A stretch of DNA of 46,058 nucleotides, the filler included, from Catajapyx aquilonaris (lineage: Eukaryota): NCBI GenBank assembly GCA_000934665.2. It is 2 parts of 2 records of this genome, joined end to end, with 100 filler letters (N's around TTAATTAATTAA, not from the genome) between each part and the next. Parts side by side here need not be neighbours in the genome. Positions count along the whole stretch, not along the records: positions 23,096 to 46,058 come from JYFJ02005775.1; 1 more part is not named here. One strand, 5' to 3'. The notes below the pieces were generated by a model, which was not told the DNA's origin, did no database searches, and was given only the letters and a program-made list of their open reading frames with translations. The first letter of the stretch is position 1. The number at the start of each line of letters is the position of its first letter. Of the stretch, positions 36,201 to 46,058 are shown piece by piece. The position numbers and the translations under genes are program-made.

Positions 36201-36689
36201 ACGACTTAGTCATCCGAAGATTCCGAAGATTAATTGGGGAAGTCGTGGCAAGCTCTCCTTCGCCTCTTCCTCATCGAATTTTATACATTGGGAAACCCAA
36301 CGTCCCTTGAAGCCTGCGGGTCCCTGCAAATCCACATATACTAATGAAATTGGTGATTGCATTATGGGAAAAGAGGGTTCCTGTACAGAGTGCAGATCAT
36401 AGGCTAATACCATGCAAATGTATACAGAGCCGGCCCATGGGGGAGGCGGGGGGAACATTTGTCATTTTTTCATTGGCCCACTATAATATAATAAAAATTC
36501 ATTCTTGCATCATGTGTAAGATTCTTGAACCGAACACACACTGGTATGTTCGTTTTTCATTACGAAGAACACGTGACTTAGGTCTACTGATAATTATACA
36601 CACACACACACCTTGTAAAGAGTATTCCCGAAACTACGCTATCTGTTAACAACATGTGCGCCTCCGTCTTCGATAAATGCCTTCTTGTG

Positions 36690-36805
36690 CGGGGAGAGCT
36701 GGCGAATGAAGTTCTCCACAAAGACGGATTTTCCACAACCCGTTGGTCCTGAAACAATAGCTGTGAATGGGTGTTGAAAGGAGACTCGTACGATTCCTCC
36801 TCCAT
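36690..36805 (-). pseudogene. Maverick/Polinton packaging ATPase N-terminal fragment
   Basis: FQHPFTAIVSGPTGCGKSVFVENFI (Walker A), immediately downstream of pPolB on the same strand. Confidence 0.85.
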
Positions 36806-37114
36806 GTCTGACAGTGTCTGGCCGTGCTTGACCGTGTCTGAACTTGAACTGTATTTGATTACAAATATACACAAAATATATGCATATACGAACATATACA
36901 CTGCACATGCATGGTAATTATAACAACACCGACAAACAGACAAACCAAGCTAGATGTACTATGTATACTATAGTGTATGTACAATTTTTGCAATATATAC
37001 AGCGTAAATGCATAAATAAATACACAATAATTTGGTACAATTGGTTTATAAATCAGAAAGTCTGGGTGTGAGACACTGCCTGGTCACTGCTCTGAACACA
37101 ATCTGTACCCAATC

Positions 37115-38250
37115 GGTACCCATACGGACGGGAGTCGTGTCCTTGCCTGACTCTTGTCATATACGATTTTATAGGTCTTTTCGACTAACCTTGTTACCAC
37201 AGAGGGATCTCGCAACCTCTCAATTTTTCTCGGGTCGCGAATGAGGTATGAAGATGGCCCCCTCTCCTAAAACCATGCCTTTCAGGGTCTCCAGGTTGAC
37301 CAGCTGAGAGGTCCTGTAATTCTGCCTGATTCCTTTGGCTTTAAGGCACACCGACTCTTCCCCCAGCTCGTTTTTAACAATGTAACCATAGTTCTTGGGC
37401 CCACCAGAGCAGAAGAGGGTTATGGATGCCCCAGGTCCATAGCCTTCAAGCTCGTTTGTAAGTTCGCCTAGATAATATAATCGCCGGTAGGCAAAAGCCT
37501 CTCACCGGGACGGGTATAACGCTGTCAGTGTCGCAATAAAGAGTGCGGTCTTTCAACTCGTGCAAATACTCGTACAACTTTAGGCGAGCCTGAGCGGTGG
37601 TAAAGGCCCCTAGAATGACGTTTGTTGTTGGATGGCATAAGGGCTTGCTCGTGACATACATTGTGTCACCCACCGGTATAAGAGAGGTTACCTCACACCC
37701 CGGCTCGAGGAGAACCTCCCATAGATGTTGGGCAGTATGCACAACTCTGGTGCGCGCTTTCGCAGGATTCAGAGCGTATCTACCCCAAAAACTGTTTAAC
37801 ATCAATTTTGCGAGTTCTCTCAGACCAGGATTATTACAAATTCTAGTGCATTCGAGTGTCACCCCCTCTCGAGTCTCATAATCGCGAATGTACCGCGCCT
37901 TGTCCTCGTTGGTGTTACACCATTTAGGCCAGCCTGATGCCTCCGGCTTCATTTTTAGGAATGTGTTTATGTAAGACCCAAAAAGTCCCATATTACCAGT
38001 GGGGCTCTTGGATGGGATCGCGGTGCTGCTGTGAGACTATTATTTCCACACCTCGTAGAACTCTTATGATTTTATATCCCCAATTCTTGGGCCTTTCGGA
38101 GTTCCAGTGACACCCAGGTGCCAATATTAGGGCCCTCTCGTTGTCTGCTGCATGCTTTCCACGCACTTTCTGCATAGTGTAAAGACGAGTTTGCCACCGA
38201 TCTTACTCCCCAACACCGGTTTGTCCAGACCAGTCTTTATGATCACTCCC
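37115..38250 (-). pseudogene. Maverick/Polinton protein-primed DNA polymerase B, C-terminal half (frameshifted)
   Basis: GKLVFTLCRKC..GTWVSLEL; GLFGSYINTFLKMK.EASGWP; AKLMLNSFWGR; TTAQARLKLY..LYCDTDSVI; LGELTNEL..FCSGGPKNYGY..LKAKGI. Confidence 0.93.
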
Positions 38251-38294
38251 GGACTACCAACTGTGTCGTCCACCGTCCAGGTGACCCTGTGAAA

Positions 38295-39144
38295 CTAATA
38301 ATATACTCGGTCAAAAGAATCAACGTTTCTGCGGCATACTGGGCACCTGTGCGGTAGTGGGAGCCCCCATCTGTTTACCATACGGAGTCTCTCTCATTGC
38401 ACCCATGGCAGACGCACAGATGCGTGCACGGAGCATATAATATGCATTGCCTGGCTTCGAGTAGGCAGCAGACGCAGATCAAGGGATTCTGGCCTGCTGC
38501 GTGTGCTGGCTGCTGATCTGCTGCCTGACCTTCCGGCTCAAGATTTTGGGTCCAGTTGGTTGCATGTGCTGTCCTAGCGAGGAACTCGCGGATGCTGCAC
38601 TAATTCCTGGCTAACCTTTGAGTCGCCTGAGTGATTCTCTTGTCCTGCAGGATGTACTTATGTTTCTTGTTTCGGGCGATCTGGAGGCCTCCGAGGGAGC
38701 GTGTGAAATCCTGCCGTGATGACAGTTTCACGTCGCGGAGTTTCTCTGAAATATTTTGGAAGCGTCACGTAAGGTCTGGAGTGCAAAATTATAACCCTGA
38801 AACAACAATGAGGTTGATTAATTACCTAATAAGGCCCACACACTTGGATGGTACCCAATTTGCCGGAGGAGCTTGGCGTGGAAGCTCTCCACATTGTTTT
38901 TGGTCCTCCTCTGTTGGGAGTGTACTGACAGAATGTGTGGTCCATACCCCTTGACCCAGAATTGCGTAACGTAATAACGGATGAAGGACCGGCCCAGTGC
39001 TGCTGACTGTGGACTGAGAAGGTCAGCATCGGCTTCTAACACTTCTACCCCCTCCATTATCTTCTCTGGGGGTAGCAGTGGCAGAGCCATCGCCATTTTG
39101 ATGACGAGGGCTAGCCTGGGGTCCCCTCCAACTGCGGTGGTCAT
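38295..39144 (-). pseudogene. MULE transposase C-terminal region fused to a C3HC4-type RING finger (two exons: 38826-39144, 38295-38745)
   Basis: MAMALPLLP...RRTKNNVESFHAKL..HPSVWALL|EKLRDV...RITQATQRL..IREFL...CVCCLLEARQCILYAPCTHLCVCHGC.../CPVCRRNVDSFDRVYY*. GT-AG intron 38746-38825. Confidence 0.8.
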
Positions 39145-39147
39145 ACC

Positions 39148-39345
39148 CCAGTGAAAATATCCATAAGATTTTTATGGATATTCATGACATTTTTCTTGGA
39201 TCCTACGGTTAACCATAATTTCCTGATGAACCTATGGATATCCATAAATTCCAACTTGGATATTGTGTATGTTCATAACATTGCTCCAAGGATTTCATGG
39301 AGATCCATAATTTCCTTCATGGACCTGTGAATATCCATGAAATCA
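39148..39345. repeat. Degenerate ~30-bp tandem array, probably a DNA-transposon subterminal region
   Basis: About six units with core TGGATATCCATAA/TGA, directly abutting the truncated 5' end of the MULE fragment. Confidence 0.55.
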
Positions 39346-40299
39346 TGTTTTTCTCAAAAATCACATTTTGTTAGAAACAATAACGTTTTCCAGCTGAGGG
39401 ATTCAAATAAATACGATAAATATAGCTGTGGAGCTAATATTTATTCAACGCAGGTGAGACAATATAGGAAGAGTAGTAATTGTTAGCATTAAACAGGTTG
39501 GAACGAATACATTTTGTGACACTCTTGCGACGTATTTGCGTCACATAATAAACTGTGGATCCATTGTACTTCAGTTTATTCAGTTACAACGTGCATTACA
39601 ATCAACGTCAGGGAATGATGGTGAGATGGGCGAGAAGTGAGAGGTAGGGAGTATTTGTCCAGTCCCCAGGATATGCTCCCGGGGAACTGGCCTGGAGCAT
39701 TGGTGGTCGCCTGGTTAAATAGTCGGGTCGGCACAAAGCATGATGGGTATTCAAGTAGGTAAGGTAGGAGTTACGTCATCATCGGCGTGCATGATGGTTA
39801 TGATACACTTCTAACACGATATATACATGGGTAGAAAAGTGGGTCAGTTACCCCAGCCACAACGGTACATCTTACTTATGAAAATGGAGGAGATAACAAC
39901 ACATTGAAATGAAAGGGAAGGTGAAAGGGAAAGTCCAAATGACCTTCGGGAGTCCGGAAGGGTCACAGGAATCCAGGAAGGTCACACACCTCCCTCCGGA
40001 GACACAACCCACCCATCAACTTTAAAGGTGGTTATAATGGGTTTGTTCCATTCGTTATTGGTACGCACAAAATAAATAATCAGGACGATGCAAAAGGGCA
40101 ATGGTACCCCGTCCAAAATAGGAAAACTGATGTAGGTTGATTATGTATGATAAACTAAACATCGCCATCCCCAATCTCTGGTGAAACACCTCCGCACGGA
40201 AGGGGGGGGGGGCACACTAAATAGATNAAATAGATGGTGGGCGTCCTTGGTCGGCGTCGTCGTCTGCCTCGTACATCACAGGGAGAGCGGTGGCTTCGT

Positions 40300-40560
40300 T
40301 CGCTTCTGAGATTACAGCTACTTGGTCAGCTGCCAGGTGATTGAACATCTCGATATGCAGGGAAAAAGCATATGGGCCGTTGCTGGAACCATCTGATGGG
40401 ACAGCACCCACCAACATTTGTCGAGTAATGTTAATGGAGCACTTCCAACAACTTAGAAAGTCCAATCCCAGGATTACTGGGGTTGTAGAAGGCGAGAAGT
40501 TCAGTTTCCACCCAAGTCCCAATTCATCACCTAGGTGACTTGAGTAGATTATGGTCATGA
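40300..40560 (-). pseudogene. LTR-retrotransposon-type aspartic protease C-terminal remnant
   Basis: PVILGLDFLSCWKCSINI (ILGxDFL motif). Confidence 0.5.
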
Positions 40561-40824
40561 AGTTGTTACTGTGTGGTTGGAATTATTAGTATGTAAAGGC
40601 TACGGACTTCTTAGAGTGAACAGACACGCCCCCCCGGGCGAACCAATGGGGTCGCTGTAACCGTGGGTCACAGTAAGGTTGCCAGGCGAAATACATATAA
40701 TACAATAGAGACAATAATATAGAGGTTTGTTTGGGGGCGGGGCCATGGGCCCAGCAGTTCACTCTAAGGAATCCGTTGCCTATAATATGGGTTATATTTT
40801 GGTGATTAATACAAATATTCTGGC

Positions 40825-41244
40825 ATGAACAGGAGATGCAGCGAAAATGCCTTTGGCATTATGTCAGCCAGGTGGAGGGTGTTCCGGCGTCCACTTCTCC
40901 TGACGCCTGTGAATGTCGATAGAGTTGTGAAGGCCTGCGTGGTTCTGCACAACTTTCTGATGCCTAAGGAGCGTGAACCAAGGACACTAAGAAGATATTG
41001 CCCCCAGGAGTATGATGCTAAACTGGCAGACAATTACAGACCACATATTGCCACTTGGCGACGGGATCTGCAGCGTGAACCATGCAGGGGCCTGCGAGAT
41101 TTGCCAGGAACTCATGCAAGAAATTTTTCCTTGGATGCATCGCAAGTCCGCAACACTTTTGCCACCTACTTCATGTCACCAGTTGGTGCAGTTTCATGGC
41201 AATGGAAACTTCCTGGTGTGAGGAGGGAGATCTGTGTCATATGA
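40825..41244 (+). pseudogene. PIF/Harbinger DDE transposase C-terminal fragment
   Basis: RRCSENAFGIMSARWRVF...VVKACVVLHNFL...ASQVRNTFATYFMSPVGAVSWQW. Confidence 0.9.
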
Positions 41245-42479
41245 AAACCAGGCGTAATTCATTCTGCATGTCATTTATTAATTATTGGGCATGTCCACGT
41301 ATTTGTGTACTACATTTAAAATTTCTCGCCTGCACTCACGCTTCAATGAGCTGCTAACTCCTTCCATCTCCTCCCCCAGGTACAGGAGAAATGGAGCCAC
41401 AGTCTCTTGCGTCAGCTTTCTGTGAATATGATACATTATTTAGCTATTTGTATTGGAAAATCACACAACTCAATGGTGCTTTACGTGCTAACATCTGCCA
41501 TCGCCTCATCCAGTGTAGCAAGTGCACTTCTCTTTACAGGCTTCTTTGCCAGAGATGTGGTGGCAGTTGAGGACATTGCACTACAGGTGTTCATGTCATC
41601 GGGGGTGTTGGCTGAGTCACTTATCTAACCATTAAAAATGATAACATGCAGTTACTCATTATTGAAACATCTTCCTAAGATAATGGAGGTTCAAATATAC
41701 CAAGGCCACCAATTCCGGAGACTGGTGGCACCAGTTGCACCACCCACTAAATTTTGTACTCCAACAAGTCCACACCTAATGTCCACTGCTCACATTGCCC
41801 CAGCATTAAGAGAAGTATGGTAATTTTGATCATTGCAACATTGCTCAGGCAACTACATTGTAGCCTGACTCAGTCTGCAATGTAGGTTAGGTTAATTGAA
41901 AACCTGGCATAGTTTAATAAAATAATGAAACCAAAATGAATTAGCTAATGAATGCATTAAGCTGATCTTGAATTTTTCTGACCTCAAACCCTCTCCAGCG
42001 GAGCGATAGCGGAGCTGGGCGCTTATTGTGGGTTTCTGTATCCGCAACATTTACTGTCAAGTCTTGTGGCGCCGCAGGCCAACTAACGTTATTGTGGCTT
42101 TGCCACATCCGCAACACCCACATCTACGAACACACAACCCCCAAACTACGTTTAAAATTACCGCGGATATTCATTCACTCAACAATGGGAGTAAACTGTT
42201 TCAACAAAGGAACACTTGTTTATTTTCATTTATTCATTGTTATTACTTGCAATTTCAAAATTCAATTATCTCCTGCACCATGCATTTCCGCACATTAGGA
42301 ATAGTGTCATTCGACTCATCTCATCGAGTAGATTCAGAAAATATATAGAAACCTGGAAGACTTTGGCGGCTCTAAACTGCACCCTTACCCAAAATTATAT
42401 GTATTAGTTTTCCGCCTTTGGTGCAGGCATTGGTGCAATTGAAGCTGCGTTCACACGCGAGTTGTTGCACTCCATACCC

Positions 42480-42770
42480 TGAAACCACTAGAAATTGGCG
42501 TTCTTTTGCATCCCTCACCTGCTCAGGGGTCATTTTCCTGAGCATACTCGCAATGTACCCAGTGATGAAATATATGTCATCCTTCTGCTGTGCTACAGCC
42601 CGACGCTCGTTCATGGTCTGCAGGGTGCTGACTATTGCAGCATCCACGGGGTCATCATTAGGCTTATTAGGCCTGCGCTTTTTACCCTGCCATGCAGGAC
42701 CTGGCGTGTTGTCCTCTGATTCTGGTTCTGCTGATTTATTCTTGGTCCCTACTGATCCCATCATAGGAGA
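42480..42770 (-). pseudogene. Harbinger accessory (MADF/Myb-type) protein C-terminal fragment with BESS-like helix
   Basis: KKRRP...DPVDAAIVSTLQ...DDIYFITGYIASMLRKMTPEQVRDAK, convergent with the Harbinger transposase. Confidence 0.55.
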
Positions 42771-43485
42771 TGGTGTAGATGTTTCCCACACTGCGGAACA
42801 GCTACGGAGAAAACACTCCGAGCTACCGACAAAGGCTCCCCAATACTTGTACGAGTACAACACACTCCGTACAATCCCAAGGGCAAAGATTATGAGTGGC
42901 CCCAGCGAAAACAGGGCACATGCAGCCCCGCTGGAGTAACAACACCGCACCGTCTGAACTTCCAATTGTGCGATAAGCTTAAGAAGAGATTCTGCGATAG
43001 TTGATGCACAGCGTTGCTGTCGCTCAAATTATCATGAAATATAGATTTCTCGACTTGATCCGCGATATTCCATGTACTCTGTGCTCAACTCGTAAAAATT
43101 TCCACTTCTTGACACCTGCTGCTGAATATGAGAGTTGGGTACTCCGATGCTTTCACCAAGTCACATGGAACTGTAGGCTACATACAAAATAAACACCAGA
43201 TTCTGGAACGATACTTTATGAAATCATGTTGCATAATCAAAGTGTGGAGCACATAATAGTACTGAGAAAACCTTACATAGCACTTGTGACTTATTTGGAG
43301 CTATCACAATTAAATATGGCATCTTTGTGCATTCCATAAAGCTACATGTGTACAATAAATGATAACTTACAAATACTGTAAATTATTCTTTAGGGGGCAC
43401 CTCATCACAGAATGACTCAACTCAAAGACACTCAACAGACATAAAAACATCACACAAGGCAACGAACGCCCTGACCCCGCCGACG

Positions 43486-44334
43486 CACAGTGGGATGAAA
43501 TCGAAAAAAAACATGCCAATGGCAAAGAAAGCCTCATAAAATAACTGGATCTATACGAAAATCAGGAATATGGGGTTCTTCTGGTCGCGGAATTCAAATC
43601 CGTTGCTAAAAATTCAATATTCAAAGTTTCAGTCTTGATGTCCGCCATATTGGATCCGCCATTTTGAATATTGAATTTTTAGCAACGGATTTGAATTCCG
43701 CGACCAGAAGAACCCCTTATTCCTGATTTTCGCATAGATCAAGTTATTTTATGAGGCTTTCTTTGCCATTGCCATGTTTTTTTTCGATTAGGTCCCACTG
43801 TGCGCCCCTCCAGGAAGAAACACATATTGTTTCCAGATGGGCACCTTTCGACATCTGATATTTTTTCGCTTGTGTCAAACAGGGTAATAGCCATCGGGTG
43901 ACGTAAAAACGAACACCCCATCTCACCCCATGCTTTTTGAATCTCCACCACTTGTTGGTAATTATCAGTTAATTTACCGATAATGCTTGCTTGCTTCTAC
44001 AGAGGTCAGGAATGCCTGCGGTACGGTTTTTTCGTGCCAGTTCGACGGAACAATGTTTTTGCTACTCTTACTGAAGAAATTTTTACCCTTTATTAATGTT
44101 TATAACTATCAGGGGATACCTTTGTAACATGGTCGCAATGATTTGGATTAGGTGTGAATGAAATGCAGGATTTCTGGGCCGTGAATAAGGCTTTATGAGA
44201 TGTTCAAACCTGACATCATTATCCATACATGATGGCCTTGATACTTTAGAACACATCTACGTGGATTGCGGACCCATCCAAGCATCTCTATAAAATGGGT
44301 TTGCCATGTTTTTTTTCGATTTCATCCCACTGTG
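43486..44334. mobile_element. Transib-type non-autonomous element
   Basis: TIR CACAGTGGGATGAAATCGAAAAAAAACATG. 5-bp TSD CGACG (43481-43485 / 44335-44339). Internal palindrome 43486-43802 ends in a third TIR. Confidence 0.85.
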
Positions 44335-44789
44335 CGACGTGTTTGGCACCACCCTTGCACCTCGTCTACCCCGTCAGGAACGCCCCCTCTACTCGCCGGG
44401 GCTCCTCGCCCCCAAAACACACCCTCAACAAACACAAATGAATTCAAAATTAATGGGTTCCGATGCACTACCCTGCCAGAAGTGCAACCACAATATATAC
44501 ATTTTTGATAATGAAAACAACAAGAAGAAAAAACCAAGAAAACACGGGGGGGGGGGGGGAATCACCTGATAATAATTCTTTAGTGTTGCCACTTAACTTT
44601 ATATCGCTGTGGACACTTCAGAAGTTGAAACCACAACAATATTGGTGTCCCCAAAACCATTGCCTGTAATAATAATGTATCGAAATATCTACACGCGGAA
44701 TAACGGTGTATATAATGTGCTTAGCCCTCAAAGAATCTCTCACTTACTCACGCAATCATCCAAAACGTCCCCACGTTTTCGCTTTCTAC

Positions 44790-45245
44790 TTGGAGCTGTC
44801 TTCTTCACATTCTGAAGTTCTGAGCCTTCAGAATGTGCTCCGGATCACGAATCCGCAAATTGCGATAAAATCGCGAATCCGCCATCTCGGGAAGAAGGCA
44901 GCCACGAAAGAAGGCTTCCAGCTTGGGGAACATCTGATCACTCCAGAAGGCATCGTCTCTCTCAATTCTTTCTACCATGATTCCACGATGGGTGTACAAT
45001 GTACATCAGGAAATAACACCACTTCCTTCCCGTGATGTGCAACTGCCCTTGAACTTGGTAGTAATAATGATGAGAGCGCTTCAGGTGCAGGTTGCCTTGA
45101 CCGTCGACTGTGCAGGAAGCTCTACTCTTTGGGATAGAATCAATGCCCTCAATCGGATCCATGTTCCTGATGGTGAAGGGACACTTCACTTCCAGCAAAC
45201 CGTCATCGCCAATCAAGCCATCAGGCGAAGTGGCGATAGTCCAGG
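44790..45245 (-). pseudogene. YqaJ-like viral recombinase / lambda-exonuclease domain (transposon-associated), frameshifted
   Basis: ATSPDGLIGDDGLLEVKCPF...LKRSHHYYYQVQGQLHITGRKWCYF...ERIERDDAFW..MFPKLEAFF..CLLPE. Confidence 0.9.
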
Positions 45246-45717
45246 CAATTTATAGTTTGACCTGGGCAAAATTGCTCCATAAGGTTTCTGAACGGTTTCC
45301 AGTTCAGAATCCATTGCTGAATAACATATCCAAAGTCCGCCAAAATCGGTCCAAGGGAACACCCCCAAAAATTGACAAAATGGCCCCCAAGCCACATTTA
45401 AGTAAATAATTTTTTACTCCGAAACCAAGGCTTGAGGGACATTTTGTGTTCAGTTCGAATGAGTGTAGAATGGTGCGAGGATTATTTTGGGACCATTTCC
45501 GGCCATGTAGGGGTCATAGGTCACTGACCAGGTCAAATTATGTGCAATACAGTCTCTGACCTCCAGCATATTCATGCCTGCACACTCGCAAGGCGGGGAA
45601 GGGAATGGGGTTAGGATTCAGCGCGCTCAAGAAGCTGACGAGGAGTGTCAGTTGCTGGTGAGCTTCAGCAGAAAGGGATGGCCAGCGAAGCAACATGTTC
45701 CTGTAGTCATCAAGCGA

Positions 45718-46058
45718 TATTGGGCAGAGCGAGGTTCCTTCACCATCACGCAAGACTTACTCCTGAAGGATGGACGGATTGTCATCCCAACTTCGCTGAG
45801 GGCCGAGATGTTAGATCGCCTGCATGAGGGACATCAAGGCATCTCTCGGTGCAGGGAACGCGCCAAGCAGTCGGTGTGGTGGCCAGGTTTGAGCGTGGAC
45901 ATCCAGAGGAAGGTGGAATCATGCTTGCCCTGTATCCAGAATCGAGTGCCTCGGAAGGTTACGATGCTTTCCATGCCGACACCAACCAGCCCATGGGAGC
46001 GGGTGGCAGTGGATATCCTCCAGGAGATGGGACAAAATTATTTGCTGGTAGTCGATTA
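45718..46058 (+). mobile_element. Ty3/Gypsy integrase (HHCC zinc-binding domain and start of core), runs off the window end
   Basis: LLLKDGRIVIPTSLRAEMLDRLHEGHQGISRCRERAKQSVWWPGLSVDIQRKVESCLPC...PWERVAVDI...YLLVVD. Confidence 0.92.

Noticed and set aside
35995..39144. The two MULE fragments flanking the Maverick relic as one element that captured it
   Set aside because: On the minus strand the C-terminal piece precedes the N-terminal piece, so they are not collinear, and no TIRs were seen.
39148..39345. ~30-bp periodic repeat suggestive of a CRISPR array
   Set aside because: The units are degenerate tandem copies without unique spacers, the context is eukaryotic, and there are no cas genes.
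34906..39747. Shared 13-mer AAAGCATGATGGG at 34906 and 39735 as paired LTRs
   Set aside because: The flanks do not align, and no TG...CA ends or TSD were found.

Overview
Eukaryotic (arthropod, probably insect) genomic DNA in two blocks joined by an artificial 100-bp spacer (44 N + TTAATTAATTAA + 44 N, 22996-23095). The left block (1-22995) holds a complete 8-coding-exon, minus-strand Unc-76/FEZ kinesin-adaptor gene: CDS complement(join(447-463, 523-588, 742-817, 10335-10582, 10640-10751, 15203-15364, 17737-17845, 19002-19342)), 376 aa, all introns GT-AG with consistent phases. Its large introns are packed with palindromic MITEs (Tc1/mariner, pogo, hAT, PIF/Harbinger, piggyBac-like) and tRNA-derived SINEs, often nested. 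The right block (23096-46058) has no recognisable host gene. It is a dense patchwork of short, decayed coding fragments from many transposon groups: MULE x4 (one with a C-terminal RING), Mutator-like, Harbinger, THAP, YqaJ x2, Academ-like, P-element, Tc1, hAT x2, Sola-like, Maverick pPolB + ATPase, and Gypsy protease and integrase. About 20 of 22 recognisable coding fragments lie on the minus strand, which is the architecture expected of a uni-strand piRNA-cluster-like locus (inference). TE family calls come from remembered motifs, not database searches, and TE fragment boundaries are approximate.
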